Notes: generated by a model from the letters alone, not told the origin. Positions 25,834 through 40,093 are shown, numbered from the stretch's first letter. The stretch is 64,000 nucleotides of DNA from Felis catus (GCF_018350175.1 NC_058368.1:69318001-69382000); one strand, 5' to 3'. Translations and numbers: made by a program.

Positions 25834-27037
25834 CAGACTAGGTGATTTTTAAGTGATCTATACAAACTCAGTAGCTAAACATGTGGACTGATAGATATCA
25901 TTGGCAAGGCCAACACCACAATGCTGTTATTATTGATGATTTGATTTCCAGAAATGGTAAAGTTCTGGACAAAACTATGTATTTATTCTAGATTTATACA
26001 ATGTTTACTTTTGGGGGTGGGAGGAATCATGGTACATTAAAACCAGACAAAATCTAATTGTGACTTAGGTTTTAGATTCAGATCATTATAAATGAGTTTT
26101 TCATTTTTAGAAGTATCTGACATTATCATGTGAGATGCATGGTAAGAAGGTCCTGTGAGTTCCTCGTAAGTATTTGTGTCACAGATGCAGACGTCTAGCA
26201 ACCCTGGTTTTGGCCCTTCCTGAGTCATTGTGACAACCAAGAAAACTCCTGGGAGAAATAGTGTCCTGTTGAAAACCACCAGGTTAGAGAGGATTCAGAA
26301 GAGCTAAAATTGAAAAATCCTGTGTGAATTGTACATGATTCAGAGTAATTTTGTAGGATTTAGTAGAAACTTTTCTCTCAGTGCTATCAAATTGAAAAGA
26401 TAGTTTAGGTCAATGACAAAAAATATTAACTTTTCCATTCTATCGTTTCAGTCGTTTATTACCTAAAAATTTTGAGTTACTCACTGTTGAAGTCTAATCT
26501 CAGATTTTTCTTCCCTTGAATTTAGAGTAAGTTAAAATGTTAGCCAAAACTTCTAGGAGTTGTCACTCTTAAATAGTCAGTGGTTGATACAGAATGTATA
26601 TTTAAATACCACAGTGAGCTAACTCGATGTCATAGAGAAATAAGTTGAGTAATATTGGACACTTCAAATGTATCCTAGGGCCTAGTATTTATTGTATGTC
26701 TGAAAAAGACTAGGATGTGGATGTTGGAAGGACAGAGGAAAGGGATTCCTTCTAGTTATGAAAAGAATTCTTTGACAGCCTCAAGTTTGTTGTGCTGGAT
26801 GCTATAATTCTGAACTAGATTTAAATCTTTGTATGTTTCTAGTTGACAGTCAAAAGGAAGGTGTACATGTGACTGTAGGTAAAATTTCATCATGTAGATT
26901 GCTAAATTATTATTTAGTGAAAAATACTCTTTGATAATGCCACTTTGTTGTCTGCCTTTTACTGTTTTGGCAGTGAGGCATCTATAAGTGACTCTTGAAC
27001 CCAGACCTTTTTTCCTTTTCTATTTTATTTTTTCCAG

Positions 27038-27160
27038 GCTGTGAATGACTCATGCTACCAGAATGACGATTCTGTCTTAAAGTCCCTTGTTGAGATTGCA
27101 GATACCGTTCCAAAGTATTTGCGTCCTCATTTAGAAGCTACTTTACAGCTAAGTCTAAAG
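27038..27160 (+). CDS. IPO5: IPO5 coding exon 7 (AVNDSCYQ...QLSLK)
   Basis: ttttttccag| ... AAG|GTAAAT; 123 nt. Confidence 0.95.
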
Positions 27161-27245
27161 GTAAATTAAATACTTCAGTAAATGTTCTGTTTATTATTTT
27201 CCATGAATAAACTACGAAATGTGTACAAATACATCTTCTTTGTAG

Positions 27246-27366
27246 TTGTGTGGAGACACCAGCCTCAATAATATGCAACGCCAGCTCGCCCTTGAAGTAA
27301 TCGTGACCCTCTCTGAGACTGCAGCTGCTATGTTAAGAAAACATACCAATATTGTTGCACAGACTA
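27246..27366 (+). CDS. IPO5: IPO5 coding exon 8 ([13 protein letters not shown]...VAQT)
   Basis: ttctttgtag| ... A|GTAAGT; 121 nt. Confidence 0.95.
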
Positions 27367-27559
27367 GTAAGTCAAAGATCTTTAAATAATTTGTGTTCAT
27401 GTGGAAAAACTCTTCAGTGAATTTGCTGAGAATTGTGTAAGCTCATAGATTTGTTGAGAATGTGATGTCCTTTCAAAACAGATGAATCTGGAGACATACA
27501 TCCCTATACATATTTATGGGCATGGTGGCTATGCTGCACACATCTTGAAATCCCATAAT

Positions 27560-28900
27560 AGGCAAGACATGTGATACCTGGAAACAAATCCAAAGACACA
27601 GAAGACCTTTATGGGGAAATTAGATAACATGTTGAAAGACTAGACTACTAGAGGAGCTAAATACCAGTTCTTCTGAAATTAATCTATAAATTAATACAAT
27701 TTCAGTCAGAATCCCAATAGAGTTGGACATAATAAGATTGATCCTAAAATTCATGTAGAATAACACAGGGCCTGAAGTAGCCAAGACCATTTTGATGAGC
27801 ATAGTGGAGATCTTGCCCTCTCAACTATGAAGATTTAGAATTTGTTCATGGCACAGGTGTAGACAAGTGAATCATCTGAAACAAAAAGACCTATAAGCAG
27901 ATCCACTCACATGGAAACAAAGCTGACTTGAAAAGATAGATAATTGGGGGGGAAAAAAAAGGTAATTGATCAAAGGTCATTTCTGTGGCAAAAATATATC
28001 CCAACCTCAGATATCCTATAAACACTAATTTGGGGTGGATTAAACACCTAAATAATAGTTCATTTTTACAAGTAAATCTTGATGATTGAAAAAGATTTTT
28101 TTAAGACTGAATCACAAACCACAGATGCAAATATTGCTAAGTTTGCAAATACTAAAATAATTTTTTGACCAAATACTCCGTAAGTGAAATTAAAAGATAA
28201 GCTGCAGGCTGGGGAAAAGTAGCTGCAGTGGACAGAGTCAACAAAGTTTAAGTACCTAGAAAATAGATGAAGGCTAGGGAATTGGAAATTCACAGAGGAG
28301 GAATCTGAACTAGCTAATGAGTGCTGGTCAGTCTCAAATACCAGAGTAGTTGTGGAGTCCCAAGTTGTCAGAAAGTTTGACAATACTGAGTGTTGATGAA
28401 AGGTGTTGAGCAGGCAGGACTCATACAGCTTCAGGGCACTTCACACGTTGTTGTGAAATAAGACAGTTATCCTTTTAAACTTCCTCTAGGAATGCAAATT
28501 TATGCAACCACTATGCAGAGCAGTTAGTCTTTCTTATAATATTGAAGATAACCTGTAACAGTTTCATGCCCTGAACTCACACATTTCAAGGATATGTGTA
28601 TAGAAAACTCATCAAAGGGAATTTTTTAATAGGAAGAAAATTGGAAACAACCAGAATGTCCATAGATGGAATAGTGTGTTTACGTAGTGGAATACTGTGA
28701 AGTAATTAAAATAAAATCCATATGTGTTGAAAAGAAAGCAAATTGCCAAAGGTTACATGTAGTATGGTACCATTTATTGTGTAAAAACTAAAATCTTGAA
28801 ATGGTGCTGTTTTTTGTATATAGGGAAATCTGTAGTTCAAGTGTAAAAACAGTTTGGGAATGAGAAGCGTCAGTTTTATTCATTGCTCACCTCTGGTGAG
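27560..28900 (+). mobile_element. Ancient L1 (L1ME-like) ORF2 and 3' remnant in intron 8
   Basis: aaattaatctataaattaatacaat...ctaaaattcatg; aaattggaaacaacc...aatgtcc. Confidence 0.6.
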
Positions 28901-29158
28901 TAAAAGAGTGTGATAGGATCTAGGAAGTTTGACTTTTATCCTTAGTGGCACTTCTTAAAAAGAACAAGGTCTAAAGCAAATGTGGCAAAAAGGTTAAAAT
29001 ATAGCAAATTTGGGGGGGGCACAGGCAAATAATTGTTCTGTCTCTTAGAGGCAAAGTAAATTCTTCATTTTTTACTTCTTAAAATTCTTGTTCACAAATG
29101 GTGATACTGATAAAATAAAAAAGCTAGTCTTCAGGTGTGAAGTGATGATTTACTTTAG

Positions 29159-29246
29159 TTCCTCAGATGTTAGCAATGATGGTTGATCTTGAAGAGGACG
29201 AGGACTGGGCGAATGCAGATGAACTAGAAGATGATGACTTTGACAG
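29159..29246 (+). CDS. IPO5: IPO5 coding exon 9 ([30 protein letters not shown], acidic loop)
   Basis: tactttag| ... AG|GTAATC; 88 nt. Confidence 0.95.
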
Positions 29247-31030
29247 GTAATCGCATGCGCCAGAGACTGTGTGGAGGCTCCTCGACAGAGAGAGCTCCGG
29301 TAGTGACAAGAGTTTAGGGTTCCAGGGTCCATGTCTTCCCACTGTATTCTGTAATCTAAAGTTAAACTTGTCAGTTTGGAACATGGGACACTGAGGCTTT
29401 CTGTGTCAAATTTTATAAATTATATTTTATTTACTTTTAATTAAGTAGGCATCTTTCCTCCCCATTTTACTCTAAATTTTCTTCAAGATTTTTTTTTAGT
29501 GTAAGAGTATCTTAAAGTCTGTATAAAGAAGCTTTATTGTGAAAAATGCCTTTATATGCATAGACCTCACTTAGAATAGTTGTTTCCACACTGTTCCCTG
29601 CAAAATGACGTTTTCCCAATTTCATTCAATTTAACCATAGGCTAGAGACGAGATAGTGGCAAGATTTGCACACTAGATTACTGTGACACTGGAGCTACTG
29701 TTTTACTTGTTTAGACTTCAGAGATTCCTCTGGAATTCCTGGAAAAGTCCACCAGAATCTATTCACTGTCCAGTGGTGATGATGGCCTCTTCTTACACGC
29801 ATGTGAGAAGTAGCACTTTAGAACTCTGTTAAACATTTTAACTGATTCTTTCAGTGTTCCTACAGATACATTCTCAGGTAGAGTCAGAAATGGAGAGGGC
29901 ATTTGAGTGATTTGTCCAGGGTTTGTATAGCCCGTCTGTAGACGAAGGTTTAATGCCAGTGTGTCATATTCTCTTTCTCAAAGAGCTGAAAGTATTGCCC
30001 TGAAAGACTGGTAGTTGGTATAAGCTACTATAACAGGAATTAGGTAAAATGAAAGACATTTGACTTACAGAATGTACAGTGCATCTCGCGGCTTAGTCCC
30101 ATTATTAAAAATGACTACTCTGGCTTGAATGCCGTTTTGAAGTATGTGAAAATAATCCTTCACTGGAAATTACCTCATAGGACTAAAGAGAAGACCAGGC
30201 TCAGATTGGGTTTCCTTTCCCTGGTTCAGTTACTGTAATGTGCTGCTGCTCCCTGGCCTTTAGTTTGCCCTATAAAAGGCACTTACAATTATATGGCTTA
30301 TGAAGCTACTTTTTCTGGGCTAGATGAGTAAGATTTTCTTATCTGTGGGTAAATAGGCCAGGAATATATTCAAGGTGAGTTTAGATATATTCTAAAAATC
30401 ATTTATAGTTTCATCTTTATAGTCTCCTCTTCACTGGACAGTTGGAGATGATCCCATGACAAACTCACTACCAATCTTAGAGTTCAAAGCCAGTGCAAAA
30501 GGCTCTTATACCCAAGTTTCTTCCATTTTCAGTGAAAACACTGGAATTGAGTCTCACCGGTGCATAATGTTAGCTATGCAGCTAGTACTCCTTTAAAAGT
30601 AGGTAAGTTCACTGCAGAGAAGGCATCCCTGAGTCTGAGCACCGCTTTCAGTGTTCTGTGTTCTGTTGATGGAGTTTGAAGGATGTATGTCTGGGAAATG
30701 AGGTAACAGGCTCTCTTGAACACGCTGCTCATACCTTTGAGTCTTGAAAGCACCAAAGCTGAGTGTTAGCCAGTGAGGGGTGTGTGCAGAAAGAGCAAAG
30801 TCTTGAAAGTTAAGATTGAGACAGGACTTTTTACATCATGGCGAATGAATCATGAAAATGTTATGTGTTCTTTTCTTGAGGATTTTGAACCCACAGCTTC
30901 ATGCATTTGAAAGACTGCTTAAATTGGTCTTTCTCAGCCTTAGTTTCATAGCATATTTAGAAATACATGTGCACAGTGCACTGTTCTTCTGTGTGTTGAA
31001 CATGTTGGATACGTTCTGGTTTGTGTGCAG

Positions 31031-31137
31031 CAATGCGGTTGCTGGTGAGAGCGCTCTGGACCGAATGGCGTGTGGACTTGGTGGGAAGCTGGTGCTGCCG
31101 ATGATCAAGGAACACATTATGCAGATGCTCCAAAATC
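31031..31137 (+). CDS. IPO5: IPO5 coding exon 10 ([11 protein letters not shown]...MLQN)
   Basis: tgtgtgcag| ... C|GTAAGC; 107 nt. Confidence 0.95.
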
Positions 31138-31542
31138 GTAAGCTGTGTCTCCCTCGGATGCTAGCATAGTTCATGTGGCTTTCTAAGTCTCAAACTGACA
31201 AATGCTTAGACTTCATCTTTCTTTGCCTTTTTATATCCAATGTTTAGCCTAATTTTTGTGTTATACTGATAAAATTCTATTTAGTCCTCTTTGGACCCAT
31301 CCAATCTTATGCTAAAGAATGTTTTTTTCTCGCAACTGCAGATACTCCATTTCCTCTGTAGAACTGGCTTCAATGCATAGGAAATAATTACAATACCAAG
31401 GAAAAACTATAGATTTTCTCCCTAGCCAGAAGTATCTAGGTTTTAATTTAAATAAGACATCGTCATTTGATGTTTACAAATATTAGCACATTTGATTCAT
31501 ATGATCTTCCTTAGCCACTTTTATTTTTAAAAATATATAATC

Positions 31543-33011
31543 AGGGGGCGCGTAGGTGGCCCAGTTGGTTAAGTGTCCCAACTTTGGCTCAGGTTATTAT
31601 CTCACGGTCTGTGAGTTCAAGCCCCACATTCGCCTCTGTGCTGACAGCTCAGAGCCTGGAGCCTGCTTCCGATTCTGTCTCTCCCTCTCTCTCTGCCCCT
31701 CCCCTGCTTGCACTCTGTCTCTCTTTGTCTTAAAAAATAAAGAAACATTAAAAAATACATGTATAATATATATATAATCAGAAGAGAAGCCACTTCTGGG
31801 GCCCCTGGGTGGCTCAATCGGTTGGGCATCCGACTCCGTTTTGGCTCCATGATCTCATGGTTTCGTGGGTTCAAGCCCTGCATCAGGCTCTGTGCTGGTG
31901 GTGTGGAGCCTACTTGGGATTCTCTCTTTCCCCCTCTCTCTGCTCCTCCCCCACTCATGTTACCTCTGTCTCTCCCAAAAATAAATAAACTTTGAATAAA
32001 AAAAGAGAAGCCACTTCTATTTCTTTTATTGTTTTCATAACAAATATCTGGTCATTTGTCAGTCAGCCTCTGTACCTGTAATTTATATCTATATCAAAAA
32101 TTGTTGTATACATGTTATATTTTTATGTTTTTTTAAGATTTTATTTTTAAGTAATCTCTATACCCAGTATGGGGCTTAAACTCAACAACCCTGAGATCAA
32201 AAGTTGCACATTCCACCAACTGAGCGAGCCAAGCACCCTATGCTTGACTTTTTTTAAAAATTCAAAAACAGAGATATATAGACTAAAAGTCTCTTAACTT
32301 ATTAGATTTTGAGGTGGCCACTGTTAATTGTTTTCTGAGACTTTTCTTTGGCCTCCATCACGCATATATGCAGTTTTTAAAACAATGTGAACATACCATA
32401 TAGATACACCATACTTAAACTTTTACCCCAGGGTATATCATATCACCACAGAATAGCCCCCTCAAAGCATTCTGTAATACCCCATTAAATGTTAATAGTT
32501 TTTGTTGATACAAATAATGCTAATGCATATACTCTTCCACAGATATCCTGACTTGTATGGATAGTCCTATCTATAGGGTACATGGCAAGAGACACAATTG
32601 AGGGTCAGACAGTTGATTCAAGGTCTTAAAGTAGTAAAGCAGGGTAATAACATAATACCAGCTTCAAATGAAAGGAACTGTTGAGAACTGTAGCCCTTTA
32701 TACAATTTACTTAATTCTTACCCTATAAAATTCTTCTGAAAAGGCATGGCCCAAAACAATTAACTCTTTTTGATGATGTGATTGTATACATGGGTCTTGA
32801 ATAGTTGTTTCCCCCCTCTTTTTTAACTGTTTATTTTGAGAGAACATGAGCAGGGGAGGGGCGGAGAGGGGGAGAGAGAATCCCAAGGAGGCTCTGCTCT
32901 GACAGTATGCAGCCCATTGGGGGACTTGATCCCACAAACGATGAGATCATGGACCTGAGCCAAAGTCCAGAGTCAGACGCTTAACTGAGTCAGCCATCCA
33001 GGCAGGCGCTC
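31543..33011. mobile_element. CAN-SINE cluster (+ 31543-31757, + 31797-32004, - 32128-32238, - 32819-33011)
   Basis: SINE heads and tails; TSDs atatataatcag and aagagaagccacttct. Confidence 0.88.
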
Positions 33012-33750
33012 CAGTTTTCCTTTTTTTAGCTCCTCAATTTTTTGAGGGTTTTTTTTTCCCCAAAGGAATAGAGACAGCTTCACAGATTGCTTAAGAGAAA
33101 GAATCTAGCTTTTCCATTTTTAAGATGAAGAAGGTAGCCTACAGACATAAAAGATTGTAGTCACTGTTTCACTATTGGTTGATGGTGATCTTCAGATAGA
33201 TCAGTTGTGGATGTGGTTGTGATTTGTAATTAAAGAATTTGGCTTTTCAGTTTTTCTTGCTACACCTACCAGCTGGATGCAAGAGGCTTTATTATATATG
33301 GCAATGAACTCTTAGTAAAGATCTGTTATTGTTAATTGTATGGCTTTGAGCAAATTTTCTGCACCTTAATCTCCTTGTTTGTAAAAGAGGCAAAAATGAT
33401 GCTTGCTTTATGCCCAGGCTTGAGATTAGATCCAAAGATGTATCTAATGTGTGTGAAAAGTGCTTTAAACAGTGGCCAACGATATGTATCTCCTAGTAAC
33501 TTAACACTTTATTTTTAAAGATAGTTTTACTGGTTTTGCTTTAAATAATAAACAGCAAAATTTAAAGGAGAAAAACCACTTCTAAATCCCCATAGCATAC
33601 CATCACATTCTGCCGAACATACTTTCAGGAACTCTGCCTATTAGAGATATACAGACATATCTTTTTATTTTTATTTCTCTGATCCAAATAAGGACACCTT
33701 TCTGTATCAGTAAGTATTTATTGCATCTCTTCTTTAAATTAGTAAATCCA

Positions 33751-34126
33751 GGGGCGCCTGGGTGGCGCAGTCGGTTAAGCGTCCGACTTCAGTCAGGTCA
33801 CGATCTCGCGGTCCGTGAGTTCGAGCCCCGCGTCGGGCTCTGGGCTGATGGCTCAGAGCCTGGAGCCTGTTTCTGATTCTGTGTCTCCCTCTCTCTCTGC
33901 CCCTCCCCCGTTCATGCTCTGTCTCTCTCTGTCCCAAAAATAAATAAACGCTGAAAAAAAAAAAAAAAAAAAAATTTAGTAAATCCAGGGCGCCTGGGTG
34001 GCTCAGTTGGTTAAGCGTCCGACTTTAGCTCAGGTCACAGTCTCATGGTTCGTGGGTTCGAGCCCCACGACAGGCTCTATTCTGATAGCTCAGAGCCTGG
34101 AACCCATTTCAGATTCAGTGTCTCCC

Positions 34127-34182
<56 letters not shown>

Positions 34183-34638
34183 GTGTGTGTGTGTGTGTGT
34201 CTCTCTCTCCCCCCAAAATAAACATTAAAAAAAAAAAAACTTAGTAAATCCAATATGCAAAGGTTAGCATCTGATTTACTGATTTCCTAGGATGATTATT
34301 CCTTAGTTGAAAAATGTTGGCTTATTGGTATATTAAGTAATTGAAATGCATTAAAAATATTTAATAATGTTAATAATAAAGTTTTAATACTTAACAGCAG
34401 AATTAGGAAACTTTCAGAAATTCTTTATGTTAGAGGGGTGCCTGGGTGGGTCAGTCTGTTAAGCATCAACTCTTGGTTTCAGCTCAGGTCATGATCTCAA
34501 GGTTGTGGTCATTAGATTGAGCCCCATGTTGGGCTTTGCACTGAGCATGCAGCCTGTTTAAGATTCTCTCTCCCTCTCTCTCTACCTGTCTCCTGCTCAT
34601 GCAGGGTGTGCAGGAGTGCAGGTGCCCTCTCAAAAAAA
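33751..34638 (+). mobile_element. Three + strand CAN-SINEs (33751-33974 young, 33988-34239, 34435-34638)
   Basis: Intact CpG-rich first copy with a long A tail; TTAGTAAATCCA present three times. Confidence 0.9.
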
Positions 34639-34749
34639 TTCTTTATAGTAGTATATAACAACGGAGTTCATCTTGGGCTCCCCAAAGTGAAAAATTATTA
34701 ATTCTGATATAATTTTATGCTTCTCTACAACTTTTGTTAACTCTTACGC

Positions 34750-35422
34750 CAGTGGTTCACAAACTTTGTTTTTAAGATCCCTTTACACTCTTAAAAAATT
34801 TAAAAAAAAAAATTTTTTTTTTTTAATGTTAGAGAGAGACAGAGAGCCAGCATGAGAGGGGCAGAGAGAGAGAGGAAGACACAGAATCTGAAGCTGGCTC
34901 CAGGCTCTGAGCTGTCAGCACAGAGCCTGACACAGGGCTCAAACTCATGGACTGTGAGATCATGACCCCAGCCGAAGTCAGATGCTTACCCGACTGAGCC
35001 ACCCAGGCGCCCCTACACTCTTAAAAATCAACTGAAGATCCTAGAATGCTTTTGTTTATGTGGGTTATATCAGTGTTTGTATTATTAAAGATGAAAAACA
35101 TTTAAAATGTTCACTTAAAGATAGCAATAATAAACCCATTACACATGAACAGATTTTTCTGTTACACATTTTTCATACACATTTTCATACACATTTTTCA
35201 TGAAGAATGACTTCAAAACAAAAAAATGTTAGCGAGAAGAATGTCGTCTTATGCAGTTTTGTAAATATCTTTAAGTGTCTTAGCTGAGTTCTTGTTTCTG
35301 CTTCTTCATTCAGTGTCAGTGGATCATAATGTGAGGGTCCACTGGACCCTCAGAGTGAGAGTGAAAGAGTATTATCAGGACAGTAATCCCAGGGTTCTTG
35401 GGCCTCACCTTGAGAGCCACTG
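34750..35422. mobile_element. Charlie1-like hAT element interrupted by a minus CAN-SINE (34799-35013)
   Basis: TIRs cagtggttc / gagagccactg; SINE TSD tacactcttaaaaa. Confidence 0.7.
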
Positions 35423-36120
35423 CTTTACACAGATATTAGCTTTCTGTATTTATGTATGTCTTGCTTTGTTCCACAAGTTGTGTGAAACCGCTTAAAGGGA
35501 ATGATAATGTAATGAGCATAAACATTTCGAAATGAGAGTCAGGGAAATTATATATTAGAATATGATATGAAGATCAGTATAATAAATACTGCTTAGCTAA
35601 TATTCTAGTCTAAAACCAAGTAGCCATTAGTAATATTAGAATATATGTAATGTTCACCTATATTCATTTACCATGTTGTTACATAAAAATTCTTTAAAAG
35701 CAGTATCTTCTCCGTGGCTTTTGTTCTTTTTAAAGAAATATAAATTTCCATGGTTGGACAATAGTGAATTTCTGTGTTCAATAAATAGTAGTGTGTGGCA
35801 CAAAATCCAGGTATTTGTTGCTAATGGTAAATCTAAGGGGGAAAAGGCTTATTTTCAGTAGTTGTTATAAATACTAATAAGCTCTTTTTTTTCATATTGC
35901 CTTTGCACTACTTTTGGAATAGAAATGCTCGTCTGACATAACCATCACCATAGTGAAATAGTCCAGTCGGGCACTTTTTTCTGTCCATTTTTCTAATTAA
36001 TGTATAAAAATATTTTGGTGGTCTTTTCTAAATAAGGAGAGCTTTTTTTATGCTTCTGACTACCAGAATGACATGTTTGTACTGGCTAACTGTTCTTTCA
36101 CCTGTAATTCTTTTTTGTAG

Positions 36121-36245
36121 CTGACTGGAAATACCGGCATGCAGGATTAATGGCCTTATCTGCCATTGGTGAAGGATGCCACCAGCAAATGGAAGGAATT
36201 TTAAATGAGATAGTAAATTTTGTTTTGCTTTTTCTTCAGGATCCT
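36121..36245 (+). CDS. IPO5: IPO5 coding exon 11 ([13 protein letters not shown]...LQDP)
   Basis: ttttttgtag| ... |GTAAGT; 125 nt. Confidence 0.95.
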
Positions 36246-36337
36246 GTAAGTACCAGTAAATACCTGATTCATACTTATTACCATAGTTCCCGTGTGGGAA
36301 CCCTTTACCTTTACTTACACAAAGTCCCCTATTGCAG

Positions 36338-36427
36338 CATCCAAGAGTAAGGTACGCAGCCTGTAATGCCGTGGGACAGATGGCTACAGATTTTGCACCT
36401 GGCTTCCAAAAGAAATTTCATGAGAAG
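36338..36427 (+). CDS. IPO5: IPO5 coding exon 12 ([14 protein letters not shown]...FHEK)
   Basis: attgcag| ... AAG|GTAAGT; 90 nt. Confidence 0.95.
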
Positions 36428-36519
36428 GTAAGTAACAATGCCTCAAACACTCAAACAGAGGAGGTGTGTTTGGAAATGTGGTGTTTCAAAATGTGTGTTT
36501 ATCTGATTCTGTTTTCCAG

Positions 36520-36693
36520 GTGATCGCGGCCCTGCTGCAGACCATGGAGGACCAGGGCAATCAGCGAGTGCAGGCCCATGCTGCTGCTGCTCTGATCAAC
36601 TTCACTGAGGACTGTCCCAAGTCACTGCTTATTCCATATTTAGACAATTTGGTGAAACATCTACATTCCATCATGGTACTTAAACTTCAAGAG
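36520..36693 (+). CDS. IPO5: IPO5 coding exon 13 ([11 protein letters not shown]...KLQE)
   Basis: gttttccag| ... GAG|GTAGGT; 174 nt. Confidence 0.95.
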
Positions 36694-37200
36694 GTAGGTT
36701 TTCAAGGTCTTTAAGCTCCTATTTAGAGATTAATGTAGGTTATTTTAGTGGGTAAGACCTGGAGAAAGACCAGGTTCAGCCTGGCCATAAAGAATAGAAA
36801 GTCAGGTTAGGCTGTGTGAAGTAGAATAATTCAGTCTTGACCAGAGAATAGGCCAACATTGGAATTGGGAAAGAAGTTATAGCCTAAACGTTAGGTAAAA
36901 TCAGTATGTGAATTGCCTTGAAAACAAGGCAGTTATTTTGAATTCTGATTTGTGTAAATTTGGAAGAACCATTTTGTTCTTAACTGCTGCAGGAAATCCT
37001 GATAATGTGATTGTAAGAAATTAGCTGTGTAGCATTGTGAGGCGTAAACAAAACGGGAGAAAATTTAAGACTGTCAAGATTATTGTTCACAGAGCTTGGG
37101 TGGTAATAGTGGAAATTAGTGGGGAAAGATGATTCTAAAAGTCATTTTTCAGGAAGCAGTAACAGTTTCTACCAGTTTGAATTTTAAAAGATGATAGAGA

Positions 37201-37427
37201 GGGGGTGCCTGGGTGGCTCAGTCAGTTAAGTGTCTGATTCTTCATTTTGGCTCAGGTCATGATCTCATGGTTTGTGGGTTTGAGTCCCACTTTGGGCTCT
37301 GTGCTGACAGTGCTGAGCCTGCTTGCGATCTCCTTCTGCCCCTCCCCTGCTTGTTCTCTCCTCTCCCCACCCACCCACCCCACCCACCCCTCCCCGTCAA
37401 AAACAAACAAACTTAAAAAAAAAAAAG
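37201..37427 (+). mobile_element. CAN-SINE
   Basis: gggggtgcctgggtggctcag head, A tail. Confidence 0.85.
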
Positions 37428-39043
37428 ACGAAAGATAAGTTAAAAAAGTTGACCGTTCTTCTCACCTGGATGACAGAAGTAGACAGATGAGAAAGAATAT
37501 CATTTTTACGTTAAATAAGTTGAATTTTAAAATCAGGCCTGGCTGTCCAAATAGAAGAAGGTTTGCAGTGATAGCTTAAATAAGAAATAGAACCTAAGAG
37601 ACTCAGTGGTGTTAGTACAGCAGTGTGTGAGGTGAGGATGTAAGTGAGAAAGGCAAAGATTCAGGCTCAGTTTGTCGTGAAATGAATAAAAAGGACAAAT
37701 AAAAGCCTCTTAAGAAAACTCCTATGTTTACCAGACACGAAGTTACTGTCAAGTTGCTATAAAAGTAAAGTTTCTAACGTTACTAACTCAATTCTCACAT
37801 ATCAATTCGTTATGAACCAGGAAGAATTAGTAAACCACACTTCACGTAGTCATTTTCTAAAGGAGAACGGGCTGGAGACGAGATACAGTGTCTCCGAAGG
37901 CGAAGAAAGGGGCTTTTGAAATATGACAGGTGTTCAGTGTCCAGTGACGGCAGACCAGGAAGGAACAGGAGTGAATCTGAAGACGGGTAGACCCCAGTTG
38001 AAGGCAGATGAGTTTGTTGGTTAAATCAGGAACGGAAGGATCAAACGTGACTTTACAAGTGTGTTTGGGTAGAGGGCTGAAGTGTAAATAGAGTTTCAAT
38101 TGCATCCCCTTACTCCAAAGAGGCAACAGGTCAGATTTTTTAAAGACTAAAAGAAGGAATTGCTAAGACGGCCTGGGGAAGAAGTTAAAGTATGTGAGCA
38201 AAAGTTGTGCAAAGAGAAGGTAGCTGATGAGGAACAACGTTCCTCGGAGATCAGAAGCAGTCGAGACCTGAAACGTGGAGCGGATGCAGAAGAAGGGAGT
38301 AAGTTACCCTCTTACGGGGCAGTGGAAGTGGTCATGCAGGGGGAAGAACTCTGCTCAGAGTGGCTGGAGTTGATTGGGGGGAAATGAAACAAATCTGGAA
38401 TAGTCCCTGGGTCAGGTACTCCTATGAATCCTCAAGGGTTAGAAAATGTTACCAGGTGACAGCATGAGCCCCGCTGCAAGTACCCAGTGTTTGTTACTAG
38501 CCAGGTCTGAGAACCTGTAGGTCTTGAATGCAGGAGAAAGGGGAGCTCATGTGTTTCACCAAGACGGTGAAATAGTTGGCTAAAAAGCTCTGGCTCTGAT
38601 GGGGTCATTAGTGCTACCTTCTGGGGAGAGTCACATGAGAAGATAAAGGAATGGACCATGAAGGGGATTCTCTCATGCATGGTAGGACGGCGCAGAGTGT
38701 ACGGTAAGTAGTGGGAGTCCGTGAGGTAAAAGGACCGAGAAATACCGGTGTCAAGCTGGGATACAAAAATTGGAAAAGGAATCAGATTTGTGCTTGAGAA
38801 TTGGTTGCTTGGAGTTAAGGCAGACCTGAGTAAGGAGCATTCCATTAACAGAAGAGAGAGGAGATCCCACATCAGTAGTTCCGCAGGGATTCTTTAATTT
38901 GCTCCGGAACCTACGGTCTCCACTCGGGCTGCTGGAGGGTGGTCTCCGCTGGCTGTCTCAGAGAAGCCTGTGAGAACTCGGAGCAGGTATTTCTTCCAGT
39001 TTCTCGTTTGCATGATTTATTTTGTGTGTTTTCCTTCTCCTAG

Positions 39044-39262
39044 TTGATTCAGAAAGGCACCAAGTTAGTTCTGGAACAAGTTGTGACATCTATCGCATCA
39101 GTTGCAGATACCGCAGAGGAAAAATTTGTCCCCTACTATGACTTATTTATGCCATCACTAAAGCACATCGTCGAGAACGCAGTTCAGAAGGAACTCCGAC
39201 TTCTCAGAGGAAAAACTATTGAGTGCATCAGCCTCATTGGTCTAGCCGTTGGGAAGGAAAAA
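39044..39262 (+). CDS. IPO5: IPO5 coding exon 14 ([12 protein letters not shown]...VGKEK)
   Basis: ccttctcctag| ... |GTAAGT; 219 nt. Confidence 0.95.
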
Positions 39263-40093
39263 GTAAGTGATTTGTAGAAGGCTGAATTTACTGTCTGTAG
39301 TTTGGCTGTGGAGGCATTGAGGGAGGTACTTAGAGGCCTTTTCCTTCTGCTAAATGGTTTTCCAGATACTTGTTTTTTTCCATTATCTTACTCTCCTGTA
39401 ATTCTAGCTTTATATAGAAATTCATTTTTTCAGCATTAATATTAAGGTTTTTTTCTTAATTCATTTATGCTCTTGAAATCTCCTCCTCTTCCTACCACAT
39501 GTACAGTCTACTGGGAGGCGTGTGGAGTTCAAGATCCATATGTTTAGCTTCACTCATTTAAACACGTACTTGGTAGCATTCCGTTTGCTTTCTTGTTAAT
39601 CCAAAAACCATCAGGTGTCCTAAGAGAAATCTCTATACATATAGCTCTGCAGAAAATAATTAGCAAGGACCATTGGCAGATGTATTTGTCTTCCAGCCAG
39701 CATATCAGAGTGTCAAAGCTGATCCAAATGAAGTCCCCCCTGTCATTGACCTCTCGCGCTCTAATTCTCAGAACTACCAACAGTAGAACCTCTCCAGTTG
39801 GTCTCCTCCAAAACCAGCACCAGTGTTAACTTTACCTTAGAAATTATTTTCTGTGAGATACTGAGAACCTAATCAATACAACATTTTCATGTTCCTACTC
39901 TGTCTGATTTTCAAACTGTCTCTGAAACACTGCCTGTTTATACGGTGGGGATTGGCAGAACTACACAGAGTTACCTGAAAATCCTATACTTCTAGGGAGC
40001 AATCCAAAGTTTTCTTTCCGGATTTGGATTATCTTTTTACTGCTGGAAATACGTAAACTATAGACCAAAACTTGATATCATTAGAAATTCCTT

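Noticed and set aside
37500..39000. Purine-rich stretch with 75-146 aa ORFs in intron 13
   Set aside because: No recognisable protein; most likely a decayed ancient repeat that I cannot classify.
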